64,000 nt of DNA from Mobula hypostoma (Eukaryota): the NCBI RefSeq assembly GCF_963921235.1, contig NC_086097.1, positions 51,772,001 to 51,836,000 of the forward strand, in the 5' to 3' direction. The position numbers and the translations under genes are program-made. Below the pieces are notes generated by a model that saw nothing but the letters and a program-made list of their open reading frames with translations, ran no database searches and was not told the DNA's origin. This document shows, piece after piece, positions 38,901 to 50,900 of the stretch. How positions within the stretch are numbered: position 1 is the stretch's first letter; each line of letters begins with the position of its first letter.

Positions 38901-41900
38901 CCGAAAATAAATAACACTAACATATAGTAAAAGCAGGAATGATATGATAAATACACAGCCTATATAAAGTACAAATAATGTATGTACAGTCTAGTCGGGA
39001 AGATGAAGGCAAAGGCTGTTTGTAGGGGGAAAAATTGGCATGTGCGCTTATGTGCACACAGGTGCCTGCACAAGGCTTCGTGGTCATGGTAGTCTTTCTG
39101 GGGTAAAGTGTCCTGGGGTTTGACTGCTACTTTTGTCCCTTATTTGGGAGTGAGAAAGTTGGCAACCCTAACTGTAAAAGACATGTTGAGGTGAGTTTAA
39201 CCCTACTCGAACCCCCCCCCCCCCCCCGGGTCGGCTGGTCTGCGAGAATATTGTCAATATTAAACCGGTGCGCGGTACAAAAAAGGTTGGGGACCCCTGA
39301 TCTACTGTATCCAGTGCTCCAGCATAGATTAGAAACCACTTTGCTGAGCATCTACGCCCTGTCCGCCGGGATCTCTTGGTGGCCACCCACTTCAATTCTA
39401 CTTCCCATTCCCATTCCGACATGTCTGTCCATGGCCTCCTCCGCTGCCATGATTAGGCCACACTCGGGTTGGAGGAGTAACATCTTGTATTCTGTCTGGG
39501 TAGCCTCCACCCTGATGGCATGAACATTGATTTCTTGAACTTCAGGTAATGCTGCCGCCATCCCTTCCAACCCCCCCCCCCCCATCATTCCCTATTCCCA
39601 TTTCCCTCCCTCTCCTTATTATCTCCCTTTGGTGCTCCCACTTTTCTTTCTTCCATGAACTCCTGTCCTCTCCTATCAGATTTTCCCTTCTCTAGCCCTG
39701 TATCTCTTTCACCAATCAACTTACCAGCTCTTTACTCCCATCCACCACCCCCCCCCCACCCTTCCCGGTGTCACCTATCACTTTGTGGTTCTTCCTTCCT
39801 GCCCCCCCCCGCCATGTTCTTACTCTGACTCCTTAACCTTTTCTATCCCAGTTTTGATTAAGGGTCTCGGCCCAAAACGTCGACTGTACTTTTTCCATAG
39901 ATGCTGCCTGGCCTTCTGAATTCCTCCAGCACTTTGTGTGTGTTGCTTGGATTTCCAGCTTTTGCAGATTTTCTCTGCTTTGTTTTTAGAGCCTTTCTTA
40001 AACAGCAGAACAACATTAGCTATCCTTCAATCCTCTGGTACCTCACCTGTCGCTAAGGATGATTTAAATATCTCTGCTAGGGCCCCTGCAATTTCTGCAC
40101 TTGCCTCCTGCAGGATCCAAGGGAACACCTTGTCAGGCCCTAATGATTTGATTCACCCTTAAGACTGCAAGCACCTCCTTCTCTGTAATCTGCATAGGGT
40201 CCATTACTTTGTTGCTGCTTTGCCTCACTTCTATAGACTCTGTCTGTCTCCCGAGTAAATACTGATTTAAAAAATCCGTTTCAGATCTCCTCCGTCTATT
40301 TTGACACCATGCATACATTACCATTCTGATCTTCCAGAGGACCAAAGTTCCCTAAACCTATTATCTTTACCATTTATTCTGACGGGCACATACAGGCTTT
40401 GTACTCTCAAAATCTCAGTTTTGATGCCTTCCACATAGCAAGTACACCTTTGTCAGAAAGCAGCCTCTCCCAGTCCATGCTTGCCGGATTCTTTCTGATA
40501 CCATGAAAGTTGGCTTTTCTCCAATTTAGACTCTCAGCCTGCAGACCAGAGCTATCTTTTTGCATATTTACTTTGAAACTAATAACTTCATGTTCATTGG
40601 ATGCAGAGTGTTCCCCAACACAAACTTCTGTCGTCTGACCTGCCAAATTCCCAATAGCAGATCAAGTATTGGATGCTCTCATTGGGACTTCTGTGTACTG
40701 ATTAAGAGAACTTTCCTCAACACACTGACAAACTCTATCTTACAGTAAAACTGTTTTACAGTATGGAAATCCCAGTCAATATGTGGAAAGCTTCTGCTTG
40801 GTACTGCGCAAGCACTGCCGAACGGCTGTTATAATGCGCAGTCGGTGTGAACGACATGGGAGTTAAATTGTAAAATAAGCTTTTTTGACTAGTTAAAATC
40901 ACCTACTATATCAACCTTGCATTTTTTGCAATACTTCGCAACCTCTTTACAGATTTGTTTTTCTAAATCCCTCGGACTGTTGGTTGGCCTGTAATATAAC
41001 CATTAATGTGGTCATACCTTTCTTATTCCTCAATTCCAGCCATAAAGCCTCACTAGACCAGTTTTCCAGTCTGTCCTGAGTGTTGCCCTGACATCTCCCC
41101 TGACTAGTAGTGCCACCCATTCGCCTTTAATCTCTCCCGCACTGTCTAAAGCAATGGAATCCCAGAATATTGAGTTGTTTGTCTTACAACCACTTGTTCT
41201 TCTCAAGGTATTGAGTCTTCTACTTTAAAGTGTGCAGCAGATTTGGACATAATGCTGCAATTATAGTTGAACCAACATTTTATGGATTGATTTTCTTATT
41301 TTTTCCAGCTCTACATCTATTAATAAAGCCCTTCTCAATTGTCCTACCTCATCAATGATTGTGTATAGACAGTCACATCTCCACTTCTTCCACTTCAGAT
41401 GTATCCCTTGTTTTTCCTACTACTATATTATCACTTTGCATTTCACTACATTAAACTTCATCTACTCCTTATCTGCTGTTTTATTGAAGTCATCATCCTT
41501 AATGTTCTGTGCTACCAGCCTATTTTGAAATTGTGTACCTTCTATGCAGAAAAAAAATGAAGAAAATTTGTAATTCGTGAACCCTTGATGAAGAGCCTTG
41601 ATAAATGCATGTCACTTTTTTTCTTTGTCCCGTTCACTCAAGCCAATCTTCTGTCAAAGCCAATTCCGTAATATTGTTGTCAATGACCTTTTTTTATTCT
41701 GGAGGTTTCAGTTTTGATGGCAGATGCATCAAGCATAATTTGGCCTGGGAGCAAAAAACAAGCAGTTCGTAGGATGGGGGAAGAGGCAGAACGAGCCTCT
41801 TGTTGGATTTGGAGTAGACGAGAGGAGGGAAGCTGGAAGCCAGAAGCAGATGGGCAGTGATTTGGCCACCACTGCCGGCCCACCAACTGGAGAGTGTCGT

Positions 41901-44900
41901 GGTTAAGGGTCGAAACACTCGGTGAAGGTTGGGAACCACCTGATGACACCTGCTCCTGGCTGAAGGCTACAGTTACCTTATAAGGTAACTGGAGAATGCA
42001 CCCTAACAGGTGTATGTAACAAGACAAAGTCCATGTGCACAGCACCAACTGCGTCATCATTGTGTGCTTTCCCTGTGATGTATGGTTTTCCTTGTGCTAT
42101 GAGAAGAACCTGGAGCACCTTAAAAATAACGCAAACAACAACAGGAATTCTGCAGATGCTGCAAATTCAAGCAACACACATAAAAGTTGCTGGTGAACGC
42201 AGCAGGCCAGGCAGCATCTCTAGGAAGAGGTGCAGTTGACGTTTCAGGCCGAGACCCTTCGTCAGGACTAACTGAAGGAAGAGTGAGTAAGGGATTTGAA
42301 AGGTGGAGGGGGAGGGGGAGATACAAAATGATAGGAGAAGACAGGAGGGGGAGAGATGGAGCCAAGAGCTGGACAGGTGATAGGCAAAAGGGATACGAGT
42401 GGATCATGGGACAGGAGGTCCGGGAAGAAAGACAAGGGTCGGGGGGGGGGACCCTGAGGATGGGCAAGGGGTATATTCAGAGGGACAGAGGGAGAAAAAG
42501 GAGAGTGAGAGAAAGAATGTGTGTATAAAAATAAGTAACAGGTGGGGTACGAGGGGGAGGTGGGGCATTAGCGGAAGTTAGAGAAGTCGATGTTCATGCC
42601 ATCAGGTTGGAGGCTACCCAGACGGAATATAAGATGTTGTTCCTCACTCTTCCTCAGTTAGTCCTTACGAAGGGTCTCGGCCTGAAATGTCGACTGTACC
42701 TCTTCCTAGAGATGCTGCCTGGCCTGCTGTGTTCACCAGCAACTTTTATGTGTGCACCTTAAAAATAAGTGGTTTTGTAGGTTAATTGACCATTGTAAAA
42801 TTGCTCCCAGTGTGGAAGTAGGTTCCGGGCAGAGTTATAGGACTGTGAGCTAAATTTTTCAACAACGGATGTATGTAACTGGTGGACTGGAGGGTGTGTT
42901 TTTGTGTTGACTGTCTCAATGGCTTAAGTTTGAGAGGGAACCTATGACTTCCTCTTTGGGGGAGGGGTAAGAGAACTATTAGCATTGGCAACTCGTGGAA
43001 AGTGTGTGTTAAAAGATGGCAATACTATTTCTATAGATGGTGTTTAGTGTATTCCCAAAAATCAAACTGCATAATTTTGATTTTTCAATGATTTGCATTT
43101 TTGTTGTGACAAGTATCCTTTTTCAAACAGGTCTGAGTGGTCGCTTCATTATTACAGCTCTTCCCACAATATACCAGTAAGTACATTTTAAAGTTTTCTT
43201 ATTTGCTTGTGCATTTTTAAACATTTTTCCATGTAATTTTTATGCATTTTGATATATTGAATCTGCAGTTAGAAAATCTGGAAGTATTTCTTCCTATTCT
43301 TGTATAGCACTTAAACGCCTTCAGCAGTAATTTCTTCCTTCCTGTCCAAAATTGTGTCCAAATGAGTCAAATGCCTCGGCCACCATATATTCATGAAGAG
43401 ATGACTATGCTTTTGGATACAATATCAAATCAGTTGAAATTAATAGTGTTTATGCAGGACTGTGGTGTCTTATTCTAATATTGGTATCCTGTTCTTTTTC
43501 ATGTAATATGTGTCTAGTAATTTAACAATACTAGGACTTGGATAGCAATTACATCATAATACTTGTGCCATTCAGATATATTAACTTGGTTTTTAAACTG
43601 ATAGTTTGCTAATTCACAATGAGGTAATAAAGTTAGGTTAGAATGTATATTCTGTGCAGACATTGTGCAGTCCCATGTTGTTTATTTTTGTAAGGCTCAG
43701 TTAATCCTACGTAAAAGGAAGAAGTCAGGCATGGGGAACATGTAAGCTGAACACTGAATTCGGGGTCATCTTGAGGTATACCAGTTCCAAGCCCGGCTGT
43801 GAAAGGAGGAGAGTTGGGCATAGGGCTAGTAACCCCACCCTGTTTTAAAAAAAAATGACAACAACCCGGAGATGCAGAAAAGCCAACAGAAGCTCCAAAA
43901 AGTTGTCTAGAGAGAGAGGGAGAGGTAGAACTGGTGTGGATATAAATAAGAATTGCAAAAAGAGACCATAAGAAGAAAAAACAGTGAGGTAGTGTACATG
44001 TGTTCATTGTCTATTCAGAAATCTGATGGTGGAGGGGAAGAAGCTGCTCCTGAAATGTTGAGTGTGTCTTCAGCTCCTGTGCCACCTCCTTGATGGTAGC
44101 AATAAGAAAAGGGTATGACCTGCGTGATGGGGAGTCCTTAATGATGGATACTGCCTTTTAGAGGCAACGTCTCTTAGAAGTGTCCTCTGATGGGGAGACT
44201 AGCAGATGAAGCTGGCTGAGTTTGCAACTCTTAGCAGCGTTTTCCGATCTCCTACAGCAGCCCCTCCATACCAGGCAGTGATGCAACCAGTTAGAATGCT
44301 CTCTGCGGTACACCTGAAGAAATCTGAGTGACTTTGACATACCAATTCTCCTCAGACTCCTAATGAAATGTAGCCGCTGTTGTGGCGCCTTTGTAATTGG
44401 ATCAGTATGTTGGGCCCAGGGTAGATCCTCAGAGTTGACACCCAGAAACTTGAAACTGCTCGCCCTTTCCACTGCTGATCCCTCGATGAGGGCTGATGTG
44501 TGTTCTTTCGACTTCCCCTTCCTGAAGTCCACAATCAATTCCTTGGTCTTACTGACTTTCAGTACAAGGTTGTTGCTGTGACACTACTCAATCAGCTAAT
44601 CTATATCACTCTTATATGCTTCCTCATCACTATCTGAAATTCTGCCAGCAATAGTTGTGTTGTCAGCAAATTTATAAATGCGGTTTGAGCTATCCCTAGC
44701 CACCCGGTTGTAGTTATAGAGATAGTAGAGCACACATCTGGAGGTGCGCCTTTGTTGATTGTCGGCACGGAGAGGATGTTATTTCCGACCCACACTGACT
44801 GTGGTCTCCTGGTGAGGAAGTCAAGGATTCAGTTGCAGAGCCCACCATTTAGATACAAGGGCCCAGGATTTAGAGCCTGTTGATTAGTACTGAGGGTATG

Positions 44901-47900
44901 ATGGTGTTGAACACTGCTGTAATCAGTAAACAGCAGCCTTTGTGTAGTTGTTGCTATTGTCCAGGTGATCCAAGGCCGAGTGGAGAGCCAGTGAGATTGC
45001 ATCTGCTGTAAACCTTGACAATCGGCAAATTGCAGATTATTATTCAACTGGACTGAATTGTCTCGGGTGATTCCTGGAGTTTTTGAAAGGTGCAAAGTTA
45101 CTTGATGGCCTGATTATGTAAAAAAAGAGAGAGAAACATTATTAAAGCAATTGATTCCAGTAGTTGTCAACTTGAGTCAGTTAAGTTGTGATTTAAATTT
45201 GTGGTCAGAAGAACTTAATAACTTATTCCAAACAAGTGTTAATCTGCAGTAAACAAAATGAAAATGATGAAAACTCATTTATTTTTCTCACCAAGATTAT
45301 TTTATAATTTAAGGCAACAGTGTCCTTACAGGATCTTCTGTAAGTTTCCTTAGATAACTAGATGCTGCTATGATCTGAATCATTAGTCATTTTAACCATT
45401 TTTCATTAAAAAAATTAGCCTGGTTGCTGTATTATTATAACTTCAGATATTTTTCATTTTACATGTGTGCCCAGCTTTAATCAATTATTTCATTCTTCCT
45501 TTCTTTCCTCTAAATCTGTACATTGATAAGCAAGCTAAAGTGCAATTTATTTTACCTCTCTTGCTTTTTGCATAATATACATTATGTTTTGAAGACAAGT
45601 AAAGCATTGGAAGCTTCTATGTTGCCGCTTATTTAAGTGATATTTGTAATTTGTGATTGTGAAAGCATGAAAATCACTTGTGGTATTGAATTTTTTTTCC
45701 CCCAGTTGTAAGGATGGAGAATTTAGAAAGTATCAAGGGCCTAGAATGAAGAATGATTTCATTGACTTCATAGATGGAAAGAAGTGGGAAGCCATAGAAC
45801 CAATGTACTCTTGGTTACAGCCTTCCTCCTTTTTGTAAGTTTATGAACAATTCCAGCACATTTGTTTTTTTAACAGTAGTTAAACATAGAAACATAGAAA
45901 ACCTACAGCACAATACAGGTCCTTTGGCCCACAATGCTGTGCTGAACATGTGCTTACTTTAGAAATTATCTAGGGTTACCCATAGCCCTCTATTTTTCTA
46001 AGCTCCATTTGCCTATCCAGGAGCCTCTTAAAAGACGCTATCATATCTGCCTCCTCCAACGTCACTGGCAGCCCATTCCACACACTCACCACTCTGCGTT
46101 TTTTTTTTAAAAAAAAACACTTGCCCCTGACATTTCCTTTGTACCTACTTCCAAGCACCTTAAAACTGTGCCCTCTCATGTTAGCTATTTTAGCCCTGGG
46201 AAAAATATCTACTATCCACACGATCAATGCCTCTCATCATCTTATACCCCTCTGTCAGGTCGCCTCTCATCCTCCGCCGCTCCAAGGAGGAAAGGCTGAG
46301 TTCACTTAACCTATTCTCATAAGGCATGCTCCCAATCCAGGCAACATCCTTTAAAGTCTCCTCTGCACCCTTTCTATAGCTTCCACATCCTTCCTGTAGT
46401 GAGGTGACCAGAACTGTGCGCAGTACTACATGTGGGGTCTGACCAAGGTCCTATATAGCTGTAATGTTACCTCTCAGCTCTTGAACTCAATCCCATGATT
46501 GATGAAGGCCAGTGCACCGTATGCCACCTTAACCACAGAGTCAACCTGCGCAGTAGCTTTGACTGTCCTATGGACTCAGACCCCAAGATCCCTCTGATCC
46601 TTCACGCTGTCAAGAGTCTTACCATTAATACTATATTCTGCCATCATATTTGACCTACCAAAATGAACCACCTCACACTTAAACGAGGAAATCTGCAGAT
46701 GCTGGAAATTCAAGCAACACACATCAAAGTTGCTGGTGAACGCAGCAGGCCAGGCAGCATCTCTAGGAAGAGGTACAGTCAGGACGAAGGGTCTCGGCCC
46801 GAAATGTCGACTGTACCTCTTCCTAGAGATACTGCCTGGCCTGCTGCGTTCACCAGCAACTTTGATGTGTGTCATCTCACACTTATCTGGGTTGAGCTCC
46901 ATCTGCCACTTCTCAGCCCAGTTTTGGATCCTATCAATGTCCTGCTGTAACCTCGGAGAGTCCTCCATACTATCCACAACACCCCTAACCTTTGTTTCAT
47001 CAACAAATTTACTAACCTATCCCTCCACTTCTTCATCCAGGTCATTTATAAAAATCACGAAGAGAAGGGGTCCCAGAACAGATCCCTGAGGCACAACACT
47101 GGTCACGGATCTCCATGCAGAATATGACCCGTCTACAGCCACTCTTTGCCTTCTGTGGGCAAGCCAGTTCTGGATCCACAAAGCAATGCCCCCTTGGATC
47201 CCATGTCTCCTTACTTTCTCAGAAAGCTTTGCATAGGTACCTTTTCAAATGCCTTGCTGAAATCCATATACACTACATGTACTGCTCTACCTTCATCAAT
47301 GTGTTTAGTCACATTCTCAAAAAAATTCAATCAGTCTCGTAAGGCACCCATCAACTTAACAACCACTGAAGTAAGACTCATTGCTCTATAATTTCCTGAG
47401 CTATCTCTATCCCCTTTCTTGAATAAGGTGTATATTTTTCTTTAAATGTGTTATTTAAAGTAGTTCTTGGTTTTTGTTCATTATAATTTGGTTATGAAAT
47501 TGAAATTACATTACTTGTTTGAGGAATTTAAATGATGGGGAATGTAGACTCCATTGATGGTTCTTAAGACGAATTGTTAATTTATAGATAAAATTTCAAG
47601 TATTTAAAATCTTCTGGAAGCATCCTAACGTCACCTTAAAGTTAATAATATTTAAGGTGTAAAAGGCAGAAATTATTAAAAATGAATTTGTGAAAACCTG
47701 TCTGATTTTCCCCTTTCATTTTGATTAACTAATTTTGTGGTACGCTGTGTAAGTTCATAGTCAAGCTCATTTCTGAAATAAGTTTGTTAAAATGCTTGAA
47801 AGTGCTTATCAAAGAAACTAACTTGTCAGGATATGAAACAATGCCATAGAAATTTAAAGTAGAATGAGAAGTATTAGTGTATTGATTTTCATTTTGTTAC

Positions 47901-50900
47901 CCATTTCCAAGTAAGTGGTTGGTAGTGTATGGAATATTGTTGAAAATCCCTTTCTGTATAGAAGGAATGGACACAGTATTCACTGTTCTCAGTAAACTTA
48001 ACAAGAACACCAAGGATAGAATTGCTGCAGAGTAATATGGAGAAATTGTTTTCAGTCCAATATAGTGAACAACTTTTACAAAATTAGAACACAATCCCAA
48101 ATGTTGGTTGTGTTTTCTAATTGCCAGGATGTGGCATAACAATAGCACTCATCTTTGGACTTTAAATTCACCTTGGTTTCAAATAACCTTGGTTTGTGGG
48201 TTCTCTGAAATTATTTCATACTTTCATTCATCTAAGCATGCATTTGTTAGTTTATGAAAGTCAATAAGAATTGCCTTCTTACAGAATCTGTTCCATTTGA
48301 AAGTTGACTTCAGTTGAAGTGATCAAATAATGTTAGTTGGAATTATGAAGTACAGATGTGTTTAAGTATACATCATGAATTATTTGCTGACACTTTTAAT
48401 CCTTATTGAATATTACTGATGACCCTGTTGTAATATTGTTGCAGGATGAGTGGCATGTCGGCACTATTTCAGCTCTCCATGTGGATTCGTGTGAGTTACT
48501 ATCTGATACTAGTTGAGTTGTGACAGTGTAATTCTTGCATCTTGCTTCTTTAAAAGACATTTAATATTTAGGCAATTTTAGTGTGTATAGTCAGGGGTCA
48601 AATTGATGTTGGTACTGGGGGCTTAATTTTTTTATTCTAGCTTAATATCAGCTCAGTTTAATTTATAATTTGAACTGCCATTACACTGTAATACTGGATG
48701 AAGTAAGGGTTATTGTTCCTATCTTTAATTCTTTTTGCATTTGTTGAAGCTTTAATTACATAATTGGGGAAAATGGAACTGCAGATAGCCTAGTACAGGT
48801 AACTAGACAAAAATGAAGCTGCAGATAATGAGGGTGTTTGTTCACTTCCCAGCTTCAGATGCTTCAAACTTGAGGGCCAGTAGGGCTACATGATGGGTGA
48901 CTTTGCAAGTTGTATATATGTTTTTATTTCTACTATGTTACCTGTGAATAGATTATGGCAATTTTATATCATATATGCTTGTATTATATTAGTCATCTAG
49001 GTAAATAGCAAGATTTCATTGATCTTCTCATTTTTGCATCTGCATATTATCTTCTAGGCTCTTTAATTTTGTTTCATTATCCATAGTTCATGGCCTCTCA
49101 TCAATGGAAATTCAGGATATTTTCTAAGTGCGTGACTTTGTATTTCCATAAATTTCAAGTTGTTATGCAGTTCAACCCTTTTCAGTCCATCCATATCCCT
49201 ATAACATTTCTCTCATTGGCACAACTTTGTGTATTGCTTGAGCATATTGTTTAAAAATCCAAATCATAATTGAAAAATTTAGGACTCGTATACTTCTCTG
49301 GGGAATATAAAGCAATTATAGTTACCTGTGCCTTAATGTTCACTTGCTCTCCTGTAATTAGACTATGACTCTTTCTGTCTCAGTGTACTACCTTAATTGC
49401 TGCTTTGCATTCTACTTATTAACCAACCCTTATAAAATAGGTGGAAAGAGACTGATTGGATAGAAAGGGTAAATGTGTGTAGTTTGGGGGGATTTTTGAA
49501 CTGCATTTAGAAAAGTTGTGCATTGCTTTTGAGAATCTCAGTGTTCTTTTAGGCTGGTTGCTTGGTGATACCCAAAAATTACAATAGTTTGCATGTGAAA
49601 TTGCCTGATGCCTCTAATGAGGCATCTGACTTCAACAGCACAAAATGTGATTAAAGCTATATGGCTTTTGGAGTACTGCTGTTGTGTCCCAAGATTAATG
49701 CTCCTTGTTCTAAGCCATGTTTTTCTTTTCATATTTCTAGACATTGACTTTTTCCAGTGACTGATCTCATTATCTTAATGTGGCTATATTTTAAAATGCA
49801 TTTAAAATGTTTATTTTTCAGCACTGTCATAATTATTTCACAGAAGATATTGGCATACCTGTTTGGGGATCATATACCATTTTTGCTTTGGTGACTCTGT
49901 TTTCTGGCCTTGTGCTTGGATTGGTAAGATATCTAAAGATGGCTTTCGTAGGTTAATTTATGATGTAGAATGGTTTCAACTCAGATCTATTTTGACTGAA
50001 AATATACAAGTGCATTTATTATAAATAAAACTAAACAACATGGTTCAAAAATTCAAGTTTAACATAAAAAAATTCTTTGAGTTTATTAAATTTATTAAAA
50101 ATATCTGCATTTTTTTTAGATTCTGGTCTTTGTGGCAGACTGTGTATTACCATCCCGGAAATATAGACATCAACCTCATAGTTCTCAAAGTGAGTCCAAT
50201 TTTCTTCTAATAGTTTGCAGTACCTATGAATTTCAAGTACAGGGTTTTTGAAAATACACTTAAGAAAAGGAGCAGAAGCTAGTTTCAAAAAATGATTATC
50301 TTTCAGTTCCAGTAGATAGCGGGTCCATTATATAATATTTGAGGTCCCTTATTGTTAACAAATAATTTAAACTGCTTAGACTAACATGTTCGTCCTAGTA
50401 GCTTAAGATACTTATGGTCTCTCCACTTTCAGTTGTGTGAACTATTTTTTCCCCTTTGAGTATTTTGCTCTCCTATCCTTGCATCACCCCATATTCTTGT
50501 GCATTCCTGACCTCAGTCAATCCTTATTGATTTTTTTAAATTGGAAAAAGCTCTCAACTGCCTACCATCAGCATTCTCTGAAGATCATTATTGCTACTTC
50601 CTTTCGAGTAGTAACACTGACTTATACTATCCTTTGCAGACATTTTAATTAACGTATCTATTGATCATTAACTCATTCTCATCCTTAATGTTATATTTAA
50701 CAATGAACTAAGTAAATAGTTTACGGATTTTTTTTTAATTATATGAAGATTGAGTAACTTTTTTTTTGTTTCAATGAAAAAATGTCAGGAACCAAGCCAA
50801 AGGATGGACAGTTCCAGGATGAAGATGAGGAAGATCTGTGTTCTGAAGCAAAGAAGGGCAGTTGTAAAAGAATTGAGACAGCTATGGTGAAAGGAGATGG

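Larger units (their letters stand above)
37325..39975 (+). mobile_element. Penelope-like retroelement (RT, GIY-YIG, pseudo-LTR), split by a hAT element
   Basis: Same family as 32,860-34,790 in the opposite orientation (CAAACAAAAGGTGTAGCCATGGG; CACTTCACCTGTGAGTC; decayed hammerhead at ~39,850-39,886). Confidence 0.85.
36690..41170 (-). mobile_element. CR1-type LINE remnant in intron 2 (36,690-37,323 and ~39,976-41,170), split by a Penelope insertion
   Basis: Minus peptides [25 protein letters not shown] and [11 protein letters not shown], plus endonuclease/linker pieces (LNWRKANF). The sequence continues across the inserted Penelope. Confidence 0.82.

Noticed and set aside
41905..41952. Permuted hammerhead-like GAAAC...CTGATGA in the HERO-like 3' UTR
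   Set aside because: It lacks the required UH after stem III and has a mismatch at the base of stem II, so it cannot be supported without a family alignment.
43113..43121. U12-type donor consensus GTATCCTTT just upstream of exon 3
   Set aside because: It lies within the pyrimidine tract of a normal AG acceptor, with no upstream exon or matching U12 branch site evident; likely chance.
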